Positions 56,190-64,000 of a stretch of 64,000 nucleotides of DNA are shown here, piece by piece. How positions within the stretch are numbered: the stretch's first letter is position 1; each line of letters starts with the position of its first letter. A model generated the notes under the pieces. That model saw only the letters and a list, made by a program, of their open reading frames with translations. It did not search any database and had not been told where the DNA came from. Both the position numbers and the translations under genes were made by a program. Origin of the DNA: Actinomycetota bacterium. Its GTDB lineage: Bacteria; Actinomycetota; Geothermincolia; Geothermincolales; RBG-13-55-18. The stretch is from positions 203,959 through 267,958 of the forward strand of contig JACIXC010000002.1 of NCBI GenBank assembly GCA_014360655.1, in the 5' to 3' direction.

Positions 56190-57443
56190 ATGACCATAGA
56201 TTTCGAGCTCTCTCCGCGCATCAAGGCGACCAAGAACATGATCCACATGTTCGCCGAATCGGCCGTGCGCCCCATCGCCCGCCAGTACGACGAGAACGAG
56301 CACGAGAAACCGTGGGACCTCCTCAACATGGTGCAGAAGTTCATGGGAGGGGGCGTGGCGGGCGCCTTCGGCACCGAGAAGAAGGACAAGGGGGAGGAGA
56401 AGGAGCCCAAGGAGAAGAAGCCCCGCGAGACGAACCTTGCGGGAGCGGTGACCATCGAGGAGATCTTCTGGGGGGATGCCGGTATAGCCCTGGCCTTCCC
56501 GGGACCCGGCCTGGGTGGCGCCGCGGTGCAGGCGAGCGGCACCCCCGAGCAGAAGGAGAAATTCCTCGCGCGCTTCTCGGGCGAGAAGCCGGTATGGGGC
56601 GCCATGGCCATCACGGAGCCCGAGGCGGGGTCCGACACCGCCAACATCAAGACCACCGCGGTGCTCGACGGCGACGAATGGGTGCTCAACGGGGAGAAGA
56701 TCTTCGTCACCTCCGGGAAGAGCGCCCTGGAGGACTCCGAGGGCTTCGTGGTGGTGTGGGCCACCGTGGACCGCAAGGCGGGACGCGCCGGCATCAAGCC
56801 CTTCATAGTGGAACACGGGACGCCCGGCATGCAGATAACGAAGATCGAGGACAAGCTGGGCATCCGCTGCTCGGACACCGTCTCCATCTCCTTCATGGAC
56901 TGCCGCATCCCCAAGGAGAACATCCTGGGAAGCCCCGAGGTGGTGGACAAGACGAAGACGGAGGGGTTCAAGAAGGTGATGGCCACCTTCGACGCCACGC
57001 GGCCGCTGGTCGCCGCAATGGCCATCGGCGTGGGCAGGGCGGCCCTCGACTTCATCAAGCAGACCCTGAAGGAGGAAGGGGTTGAGCTGCGCTACGGCAT
57101 CAACCCCCACCGCATGAGCTCCCTGGAGAGGGACATCATGCAGATGGAGGCGGATCTGAAGGCGGCGCGCCTGCTCACCTGGAGGGCCGTCTGGATGCTG
57201 GACAACGGCCTCCGCAACGACCTGCAGGCCTCCATGGCCAAGGCGAAAGCCGGCCTCGCGGTGACCCGCATCACCCAGAAGGCGGTGGAGATCATGGGGC
57301 CCATCGGTTATTCCCGCGAGTACCTCCTCGAGAAGTGGATGCGGGACTCGAAGATCAACGACATCTTCGAGGGCACGGGCCAGATACAGCTGCTGGTGAC
57401 CGCAAGGCGCGTGCTGGGATTCACGCGCGAGCAGTTGAAGTAG
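56190..57443 (+). CDS. Acyl-CoA dehydrogenase (paralog, with K/E-rich N-terminal insert)
   Basis: 417 aa, SD AAGGAGGTGGGAAG. ...AITEPEAGSD..., and the ...DSKINDIFEGTGQIQ catalytic region. Confidence 0.9.
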   Translation: MTIDFELSPRIKATKNMIHMFAESAVRPIARQYDENEHEKPWDLLNMVQKFMGGGVAGAFGTEKKDKGEEKEPKEKKPRETNLAGAVTIEEIFWGDAGIALAFPGPGLGGAAVQASGTPEQKEKFLARFSGEKPVWGAMAITEPEAGSDTANIKTTAVLDGDEWVLNGEKIFVTSGKSALEDSEGFVVVWATVDRKAGRAGIKPFIVEHGTPGMQITKIEDKLGIRCSDTVSISFMDCRIPKENILGSPEVVDKTKTEGFKKVMATFDATRPLVAAMAIGVGRAALDFIKQTLKEEGVELRYGINPHRMSSLERDIMQMEADLKAARLLTWRAVWMLDNGLRNDLQASMAKAKAGLAVTRITQKAVEIMGPIGYSREYLLEKWMRDSKINDIFEGTGQIQLLVTARRVLGFTREQLK

Positions 57444-57461
57444 GCACGGGGAAGAATGGGC

Positions 57462-57492
57462 GGGAGGCCGCAAGGCCTCCCGTTTCCCTTTT
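57462..57492 (+). terminator. Rho-independent terminator after the ACAD pair
   Basis: GGGAGGCC-gcaa-GGCCTCCC followed by GTTTCCCTTTT. Confidence 0.75.
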
Positions 57493-57587
57493 GCGCACGG
57501 GAAAGGCGACGTGTCCGGCGACACCCTTTATCATCTGCGTGCGATCGCGCGTGGCGCCGAGGCTCGGGTGGGACGTCGGATGCGCGT

Positions 57588-57977
57588 TCAGCAGGTCTCC
57601 CTGCGGTCGAAAAGCTCGCCCCACTCCTCCCTGAGGCGGTCGAAGATCTCGCGCACCTCACCGCGTATGTCCGCCTTGCGCTCCTCCTCCTTGATGCGCC
57701 GGCGCGTCTTGAAGGCGGGATCATGGAACACCCTGTGGATGAGCTCGCCGGCGTCCTCCCCGGCGAAATCGGGGGTGAGGAAGAGGGCCTGGCGGCTCTC
57801 CTCGCCGTCGCGGTGCCACTTCTCGACCGCGATGCCGTAGAAGCGGCAGAGGATGTTCTTGGCCTTGATGATCTCGAAATCGTCGACGGCGAACTCGCAG
57901 GCGATGTCCTCGTCGTAGAGGTGGCCTCTTTCCAGGAGGAGCATGGCGATCTTCTCGGCGAGTTCACGCTCGTCCAA
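57588..57977 (-). CDS. Hypothetical small acidic protein
   Basis: Minus-strand ORF. Start at ATG 57944 (118 aa) or TTG 57977 (after AAGGGG). Sequence ...LLERGHLYDEDIACEFAVDDFEIIKAKNILCRFYGIAVEKWH... The remainder of the 286-aa track ORF lies antisense to the acylase gene and is rejected. Confidence 0.5.
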   Translation of the reverse strand: MDERELAEKIAMLLLERGHLYDEDIACEFAVDDFEIIKAKNILCRFYGIAVEKWHRDGEESRQALFLTPDFAGEDAGELIHRVFHDPAFKTRRRIKEEERKADIRGEVREIFDRLREEWGELFDRRETC

Positions 57978-58103
57978 GTCGTGACACCCCTTTTGTCGGC
58001 AGCTGCGAACGATTATTATTCGGTTATATATATCGGAGGAAGGTCCGCGGGAGTTGACATCCCATACCCGTTTGAGAGGAGCAAGGAGGTCGTTCTGGGT
58101 CTC

Positions 58104-60557
58104 TTGCGAGGGACGGCAGGGAAGATTCTGCCGGGTCTGGCGGGCGTAGCCATGGCGGCCCTCTTCATGTCGCGCCGCGCCGCGCCCCTTTACGAGGGAG
58201 AGGCGGTGGTGCCGGGACTGGAGGGCGACGTGGAGGTACGCTTCGATCGCTGGGGCGTGCCGCACGTTCGCGCTCGGAGCCTCGCGGACCTCGTGAGGGC
58301 GCAGGGTTACCTGGTGGCGCAGGAACGCATGGCACAGCTCGAGATGTTGCGCAGGGCCGCGCGCGGCACCCTTGCCGAGGTCGCGGGGGAAAGGGCCCTG
58401 CGGAGCGACGTCTTCATGCGCGCCCTCGCGCTGGCGGAAAGGGCGCACAGGATGTCGTCAGGCCTGCCGAGGCGCTCCCTCGACTGCCTGCATTGCTACG
58501 CGGAAGGGGTGAACGCGTACCTGGGGCGTTTCGGCAAGGGGAGGCACGCGGGCCCGGCGTTATCGCCATCGCGGCTCTTGCGGCCGTGGACGGCGGAGGA
58601 CTCCCTCCTCTGCCACCTCCTCTTCGCCTGGAACGCCGACGCCGCCTGGATGGAAGCGCTGGTGAGAGGGCGCATCACGCGCCTTCTTGGACACGAGGCG
58701 GCGCTTGCCCTGTATCCCGGTGGGGAGGGGGAGGCTGAGGAAGGCGCCCGGGAGACCGGGCGCGAGGGCTCCTTGCCCCCGGAGGGGTGCGAGCGGGAAT
58801 TCCTGCGCGGTGAAGGAGAGGAACCGCCGTGGTGGACGCCCGCCCTGCAGGCGCGGGTCGCGGGATGCAACGGCATCGCCCTGGGCGGCTCGCGCGTGGA
58901 GCGGGGAACGCCACTCCTGGCCAACGACCTGCACCTTCCGCACGCGGAACCCACCTTCTTCTACCTCATCCACCTCGCCTGCGACGAGGGGTCGTACGAT
59001 GCGGCGGGGGCCGCGCTTCCAGGGATGCCCGGCATTTATGTGGGCAGAAACCGCCGCATCGCTTGGGGTGCCGTGTCCATGTCCTGCGCTGCCGCCGACG
59101 TCTTCGTGGAGAAGCTGGACGGGGACGGAGGGAGCCTCTTCCTCGCGGAGGGGATATGGAAGAAGCTGGAATGTAGGGAAGAGGAGATAAGTGTGTTCCC
59201 GTCGCGCGTCCACGAGGCCCGCGTGGAGCTCACCGACCGCGGCCCCCTCATAGCGAGGGACGGCGACGCGGGCCTCTCGCTCAAGTGGGTGGATCACGCG
59301 GCGGAGGGCAGGGACGTCGTGGGCAGCCTGCTGGACCTGAACATGGCCGGGGACTGGGAGGGGTTCCGCCGCGCGCTGCGCGCCTACCCGGGCCCGGCGA
59401 CCTTCTTCCTCTACGCAGACGCGGAAGGGCGCGTAGCGTACCAGGCCGCCGGACTGATCCCGCAGCGCGAGGGACACGACGGGAGCCTGCCCCTGCCGGG
59501 ATGGGAAGGGGGATACGGCTGGAGGGGTTGCCTGCGCTACGAGGACATGCCGTATTGTCCCCGTGCGCCGCGAGGCACGGTGGTGGCGACGGAGGGACGC
59601 TGCGAAGTGGAGGCAGCTTACGGGAGCGAGGAGGCGAGGAGGGCTTGGCGACGGAATGCCAGGATCTGGGAGCTCCTGGGAGAGGGGCGCGGCCTTGCGG
59701 TGGAGGACCTCGTGCGCGTTCAGGCGGACCGCTACGACGCGGGAGGGGACTTCATGCGCCGCGAGATACTGCGCGCGGCCCGCATGATCGGCGACCTCGG
59801 CGAGGCGGTGCGCCAGGCACTCCCCCTCCTCGAGGTATGGGACGGCACGGCGCAGGAGGAAAGCGCGGCGCCATCCATCTGTCACCTCACGCGCAGGGTG
59901 CTCTCGGAAAGGTTGCTGCGACACCGCCTCGGTTACCGGCTGCAATACGATTACGCGACCACCTGCCGCGCGGCGGACGCCGCGCTTGAGGGTATCCTGG
60001 TAGACAGGAAGGGTTGGTGGCTGCCCCCCACCGCCGGCAGCTTCGAGGAGCTCGTGGTGCAGTGCCTGGAGGAGGCGCTGGTTCGCCTCGAGATGCGCTT
60101 CGGCTCACGGCGCATGCGGGAGTGGGAATGGGGGCGCCTGCACCACCTGCGCTTTCCGCATTACCTGCCAGTGCCGCGGGTCCTGCGCGGGCGGCTGTGC
60201 CGGCGGTCCTTACCGCGCGGCGGGGTCGCGGATAGCGTCGACCGCTCTCCGCACGTCGATCACCCGTTCGTGCAACTGCCCTGGAGGTCGGGGCGGGGTT
60301 TGCCTCCCCTGGCCGACCGCGAGGGTTTCGGGGACGGGGCGGGCGCGGGACCCGTCTTGCGCATGATCGCGGACCTCTCCGCGGCGGGAGGATCATGCTG
60401 GTGCATCGACCTGGGACAGTCTGCGCATCCCCGCAGCCCCTACCTGCGCAACTTCCTGCCGCTGTGGAGAAAGGGCGAGTATGCCCCCATGCTCATGGAA
60501 GAGGGCGAGATCGCGGAGCACACGGCGAGCACGCTGAAGCTGAGGCCGCGGCGATGA
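58104..60557 (+). CDS. Penicillin amidase/acylase family (S45 Ntn-hydrolase) protein; start uncertain (TTG 58104 or ATG 58152)
   Basis: RFDRWGVPHVRA, LVAQERMAQLEMLRR, GCNGIALGGSRVERGTPLLANDLHL (beta-chain N-terminus region) and GRNRRIAWGAVS. The upstream part of track ORF 57456-60557 overlaps a terminator and a minus-strand gene. Confidence 0.85.
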   Translation: MRGTAGKILPGLAGVAMAALFMSRRAAPLYEGEAVVPGLEGDVEVRFDRWGVPHVRARSLADLVRAQGYLVAQERMAQLEMLRRAARGTLAEVAGERALRSDVFMRALALAERAHRMSSGLPRRSLDCLHCYAEGVNAYLGRFGKGRHAGPALSPSRLLRPWTAEDSLLCHLLFAWNADAAWMEALVRGRITRLLGHEAALALYPGGEGEAEEGARETGREGSLPPEGCEREFLRGEGEEPPWWTPALQARVAGCNGIALGGSRVERGTPLLANDLHLPHAEPTFFYLIHLACDEGSYDAAGAALPGMPGIYVGRNRRIAWGAVSMSCAAADVFVEKLDGDGGSLFLAEGIWKKLECREEEISVFPSRVHEARVELTDRGPLIARDGDAGLSLKWVDHAAEGRDVVGSLLDLNMAGDWEGFRRALRAYPGPATFFLYADAEGRVAYQAAGLIPQREGHDGSLPLPGWEGGYGWRGCLRYEDMPYCPRAPRGTVVATEGRCEVEAAYGSEEARRAWRRNARIWELLGEGRGLAVEDLVRVQADRYDAGGDFMRREILRAARMIGDLGEAVRQALPLLEVWDGTAQEESAAPSICHLTRRVLSERLLRHRLGYRLQYDYATTCRAADAALEGILVDRKGWWLPPTAGSFEELVVQCLEEALVRLEMRFGSRRMREWEWGRLHHLRFPHYLPVPRVLRGRLCRRSLPRGGVADSVDRSPHVDHPFVQLPWRSGRGLPPLADREGFGDGAGAGPVLRMIADLSAAGGSCWCIDLGQSAHPRSPYLRNFLPLWRKGEYAPMLMEEGEIAEHTASTLKLRPRR

Positions 60558-60752
60558 CCCGACTCCCCGACACGGTCCTTCCCGGATACGAACAGGTGGC
60601 CTTCCATGATGACCGTGAGGTGGGGCCGGAAACGCGACCTAGCAGGGCTGGTCCGGCGGTTCGCGCGTGGCGCGGAAAGGGGCGGATGTCGTGGGGAGGG
60701 GGACTTGTGAAGCGGGTAAGGTGGACCCGGGAGTCGCGGGGATCGGACGGGG

Positions 60753-61157
60753 TCACCGGGCCTGGGAGGAAAGATTGGTGATGAAGGAGCGGCTACCCGT
60801 CTCCTCGCGCAGGAACTCGTCGAATTCCTCCTCGCTCACCTTGACCCCCGAGTGCAGGAAGAGGGTGTACAGGTAATAGCTCATGTAGGTCCATTCCCGG
60901 CGCACCTCCTCCATCACCTTCTCCCGCTTGCTCTTCACCGGGATGAGCCTCTCGCCCTCGTATTCCAGCTCGTTCATCTTCCTGCGCAGGTCTCGGCAGC
61001 TGCGTATGGCGTCCCTGGTCTCGTACTCAAGGTCCGTCTTGCTCATGTTGTTTATGTTGCGGATCCAGGGGGGGATGTTGTCCGAGGCCTCGCCGTGCTT
61101 GAACAGGTTGTAGTACCTGGCCAGCTTGCGCAATATCTCCTCCGGAACCTCTTCCAT
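60753..61157 (-). CDS. Hypothetical protein, last gene of the aminotransferase/HCS-like operon
   Basis: ATG at 61157, 5 nt after SD GGAGGGG and 9 nt after the upstream stop; 134 aa (MEEVPEEILRKLARYYNLFKHGE...). The rest of the 283-aa track ORF is rejected. No family recognised. Confidence 0.55.
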   Translation of the reverse strand: MEEVPEEILRKLARYYNLFKHGEASDNIPPWIRNINNMSKTDLEYETRDAIRSCRDLRRKMNELEYEGERLIPVKSKREKVMEEVRREWTYMSYYLYTLFLHSGVKVSEEEFDEFLREETGSRSFITNLSSQAR

Positions 61158-61165
61158 GTCCCCTC

Positions 61166-62476
61166 CTATACGGCGCCCTTTATCTTGATATGCGAGAGGT
61201 CGAGGGTGAGTATCTTGCGCGCCAGCTCCGGGTAGCGGGCGATGAAGAGGAGCTCGTCCTCGACCAGCGGCTTCTGGGTGGTGACGTTGGCGTAGCGCAC
61301 CAGCTCGAGGATGTCCCTTGCCTCTTCCTCGGACTGGAACTCCACCTCCAGCTTCTCGTAGACGTTGCGGAAACCCTTGATGCCGGAGTATTCCCCCAGG
61401 GTGATGTTGCGGCCCGTCTCGATGACTTCCGGCTCGCCGCGGCCCAGTTCCTCGTAGTCGTACAGCTCGTAATTGCGCCGGCTCTTCAACGCGCCGTCGG
61501 CGTGAATGCCGGATTCGTGGGCGAAGGCGTTCTCGCCCACGCCGGGCTGGTTCACAGGTATGGGCACCCCGAAGGCGTAGGAAGCGTACTTGGCGGTCTT
61601 CCATGCCGCCATGAGGTTGACGGAATCGTCCAGTATGTCCTCGCCGTCGAAGAGAGAGGACTTCTTGATGGCCAGGATGGTGGAGACCAGGTCGGTGTTC
61701 CCCGCCCTCTCTCCCATGCCGTTGATGGTGGTGTTTATATAGGCGTTCACCCCGCCCTCAAGGGCCCCCTTGGCTCCCGCTACCGAGCAGGCCACCGCCA
61801 TCCCCAGGTCGTTGTGGCAGTGCAGCTCGATATCGATGCCCGTCTCGCGCGCCAGCATCCTTATGCGCTCGTAGATGGTGAAGGGATCGTTGTATCCCAG
61901 GGTATCGCAATAACGCAGGCGCTCCGCCCCGTGTTCCCTGGCGGCCAGCGTGAACTCCACCAGGTGTTCGTCGCTGGTGCGGGAGGCGTCCTCGGCGTTC
62001 ACCCCGATGGAGGTGAAGCCCAGCTCGTGGGCGCGGTCGAGGGCGCTGCACATCAGCCTCACGATGTCCTTGAAGCTGTAGCGGTCGTTCCACTTCCCCT
62101 TTATCATCTGCTCCGAGACGGAGATGGAGATGTTGATGTGGCGGAGCTTGGGCACCAGTTCCCTGGCCAGCTCCACGTCCGCAGGTATGGCCCGCACCCA
62201 ACCGGAGAGGCGCGTGTGGTGTATGGCCCCCATCTCGGCGAGTTCCAGGTTGGCCTGCAGGTAATTGGTCTCGTGCCTGGTGGTGGGGAAGCCGAACTCG
62301 CTCTGCCATATGCCCATCTCGTCCAGGAGGAGGTTGATGATGGTCTTCTGCAGCTTGGCCAGCCCCAGGCGGGAGGTCTGCACGCCGTCGCGGTTGGTGA
62401 CGTCGATTATGTATATGCGTTTGCCGCCGTCCCCGCCGGACGGCTTTCCCTCGGCATTAAATGCGGGCTCCTTCAT
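61166..62476 (-). CDS. Homocitrate/citramalate/2-isopropylmalate synthase-family enzyme (DRE-TIM metallolyase)
   Basis: 436 aa with LHCHNDLGMAVA, GMGERAGNTDL and HESGIHADG motifs. The N-terminal substrate motif reads IIDVTNRDGVQT instead of the usual DTTLRDGEQ. Confidence 0.85.
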   Translation of the reverse strand: MKEPAFNAEGKPSGGDGGKRIYIIDVTNRDGVQTSRLGLAKLQKTIINLLLDEMGIWQSEFGFPTTRHETNYLQANLELAEMGAIHHTRLSGWVRAIPADVELARELVPKLRHINISISVSEQMIKGKWNDRYSFKDIVRLMCSALDRAHELGFTSIGVNAEDASRTSDEHLVEFTLAAREHGAERLRYCDTLGYNDPFTIYERIRMLARETGIDIELHCHNDLGMAVACSVAGAKGALEGGVNAYINTTINGMGERAGNTDLVSTILAIKKSSLFDGEDILDDSVNLMAAWKTAKYASYAFGVPIPVNQPGVGENAFAHESGIHADGALKSRRNYELYDYEELGRGEPEVIETGRNITLGEYSGIKGFRNVYEKLEVEFQSEEEARDILELVRYANVTTQKPLVEDELLFIARYPELARKILTLDLSHIKIKGAV

Positions 62477-63815
62477 TCGTCTCCTCGCTCGATGCGTTCT
62501 CTTTCCTCATCTCCTCAACGGCCGTATAAAGTATATCAAAGAGGTCGCTTATCTGTTCCTTTTCGAGGCATGAATAGGCTATGCGCAGGTCCGTCTCGCC
62601 GGTGGAGATGACTCCCACCCCGTACGAATCGAGCAGGCGCCGGCGCAGCTCTTCCGCGTCGACGCCGTGCACCCTGAGGCAGAGGAAATAGCCGGAATTG
62701 AAGGGGTAGGGCGAGAAGGCGTCCGCGAAGCGGCTCTGCGAGAGCACCCGCTTGACCTCCTCGTACCTGTCGCGCAGGAGCTGGTAGTTCTCGGCCTTCT
62801 CGTCATGGTAACCGACCGCCCTTATGGCCTTGACCAGGAGCGACTGGGAGGGGGTGGAGCTCTTGGAGATCGTCCCCCGGATGAGGCCGCCCACCTTCTT
62901 TTCCAGGGCGGTGTAGACCGCCTGGCGGTCGCCCCCCTCGTCGTGGGAGAAGGTGATGAACCCGAGTCTGAACCCCCAAACGTAGTCCTCCTTGGTGGGG
63001 CCGTCGATCTTGATGGCCAGCACGCGGGGATGGCAGTCGGCCAGGAGGGAGAAGAGGGACTCGGGGTAGAGGTCGTTCTCGTAGAGAAGGCCGGCGTAGG
63101 CGTCGTCAACGCCCACCACGAGGTTCGCCCCCGTCTCGGCCACCTCGATGATGGCGTCACGTATGTAGGCGGCCTCAGCCGGGTAGGGAGAATAGCCGGT
63201 GGGGTTGTGGGGGAAGTTGAGCAGCACGAGCACCTTACCCGTGCGCGAGGAATCGAGGAGCTTCCGGTAGAAGCCCTTCACGTTAAAGCGCCCGGCCTCG
63301 TCGTAGAAGGGGTAGGTGACCAGCTCCGCCCCGCGCCTGGTACCGAAGATCATGCGGTAGTTGCCCCACATCATCTCCGGCAGCAAGAGGCGGTCGCCGG
63401 CGTCGCAGAACATGTCGGCCATGATGCTCAGGCCGTGGGTGAGGCCGTTGGTGACGATGGGCAAGGACGAGCTCTTTCCCTCCAGCCCCGGGTTGGTCAT
63501 GCGCTGGTGCTCCCTCCAGAGCTGCCGCAGCTCCATGATGCCCGTTGTGGGGGCGTAGGGAAAGGTCTCCTCCGGCTTGAGGTGCTTTATGTACTTGCGC
63601 AGGCTGCGAAGGTAGAGGGGTCTTCCGCGCGCGGTGGCGATGCCGATGGTCGCGTTGAACCGGTGTGCCTTCTGCTTGGCCTCGGCCGTCTGGGTGAGGA
63701 TCCCCCGCGGAAAGAAAAGCTCCCTTCCCAACGCGGAAAGCGTTTGGAAAAGATTGGGAGCATGGTCGCGGATGATCTCGTTCAGCTCGACCGCAAGGGG
63801 ATCGATGGGTTTCAC
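62457..63815 (-). CDS. Class I/II PLP-dependent aminotransferase
   Basis: 452 aa. NFPHNPTGYSP, and a probable PLP-Lys region IDGPTKEDYVWGFRLGF. Overlaps the next gene by 20 nt. Confidence 0.9.
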   Translation of the reverse strand: MKPIDPLAVELNEIIRDHAPNLFQTLSALGRELFFPRGILTQTAEAKQKAHRFNATIGIATARGRPLYLRSLRKYIKHLKPEETFPYAPTTGIMELRQLWREHQRMTNPGLEGKSSSLPIVTNGLTHGLSIMADMFCDAGDRLLLPEMMWGNYRMIFGTRRGAELVTYPFYDEAGRFNVKGFYRKLLDSSRTGKVLVLLNFPHNPTGYSPYPAEAAYIRDAIIEVAETGANLVVGVDDAYAGLLYENDLYPESLFSLLADCHPRVLAIKIDGPTKEDYVWGFRLGFITFSHDEGGDRQAVYTALEKKVGGLIRGTISKSSTPSQSLLVKAIRAVGYHDEKAENYQLLRDRYEEVKRVLSQSRFADAFSPYPFNSGYFLCLRVHGVDAEELRRRLLDSYGVGVISTGETDLRIAYSCLEKEQISDLFDILYTAVEEMRKENASSEETNEGARI

Positions 63816-64000
63816 CTCCAGTCAGACGACGCCGCGAGCATGGACTCCGCTGCCTGCGTCCTGCGTTTATTAGTGTGCGGTTACCGCTTTGCATCATTAT
63901 AAACGAAGTGTTGCCGGGAGTATATAGAAATCGCGGGAGAATTTCACGGGAATTGGCAAATATTAACTCCCGGTTTACATGGCGGAAAAGCGCGTGATAT

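Noticed and set aside
57456-58103. N-terminal extension of the acylase ORF. Comparable upstream in-frame extensions are 28181-28768 (pyrK), 30341-30604 (pyrF), 48448-48612 (FadH-like), 51315-51458 (LMW-PTP), 52085-52249 (enoyl-CoA hydratase), 40569-40757 (degV) and 42322-42441 (fadD).
   Set aside because: The extensions overlap neighbouring genes or terminators, lack family similarity and are Arg/Gly/Pro-rich. Internal starts with SD sequences give canonical N-termini.

Overview
High-GC (~65-70%) bacterial chromosomal segment. All calls come from reading the six-frame translations and the DNA by eye; no searches were run. The backbone order is aroC-aroK-aroB-aroQ-pepP-efp-nusB, then the pyr operon, then mihF-gmk-rpoZ-coaBC. 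Together with an actinobacterial-type integration host factor (mIHF), this points to a deep-branching, probably anaerobic member of Actinomycetota. Several blocks look Firmicutes-like: the Bacillus-order pyr operon with PyrR attenuator and PyrK/PyrD class 1B, Asp23/YqhY before nusB, and PlsY plus DegV.

Content:
(1) A monoderm-style type IV pilus locus with no secretin in the window: pilT', an ABC ATPase/ABC-2 permease/TPR trio, pilC, a small excisionase-type HTH, pilM-N-O and a PilP-position ORF.
(2) The shikimate operon, followed by a four-gene minor-pilin operon in GspH-I-J-K-like order. Two of its members are giant (about 900 and 756 aa).
(3) pepP-efp-asp23-nusB, with efp-asp23-nusB bracketed on both sides by one GC-rich repeat family, including a 152-bp tandem array.
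(4) pyrR-pyrB-pyrC-[carB-like]-pyrK-pyrD-pyrF-pyrE. There is no carA, and the 1029-aa CarB homolog has eroded ATP-grasp motifs but a well-kept MGS/allosteric domain.
(5) mihF-gmk-rpoZ-coaBC and tRNA-Leu(GAG).
(6) Lipid-related genes (alpha/beta hydrolase, two paralogous MFS genes flanking plsY, degV, fadD), an ArsC/LMW-PTP-fold gene, a His-rich protein and a DUF2207 protein.
(7) A TetR-associated beta-oxidation-like cluster: SDR, FadH-like reductase, macro domain, LMW-PTP, enoyl-CoA hydratase, HAD, two ACADs.
(8) A penicillin-acylase-family gene with Cys at the nucleophile position.
(9) An aminotransferase / homocitrate-synthase-like / unknown-protein operon.

No rRNA, CRISPR array, transposase or integrase was seen. 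The most unusual items are the giant modular minor pilins, the orphan eroded CarB, the ABC/TPR module inside the pil locus, and the repeat family bracketing efp-nusB.
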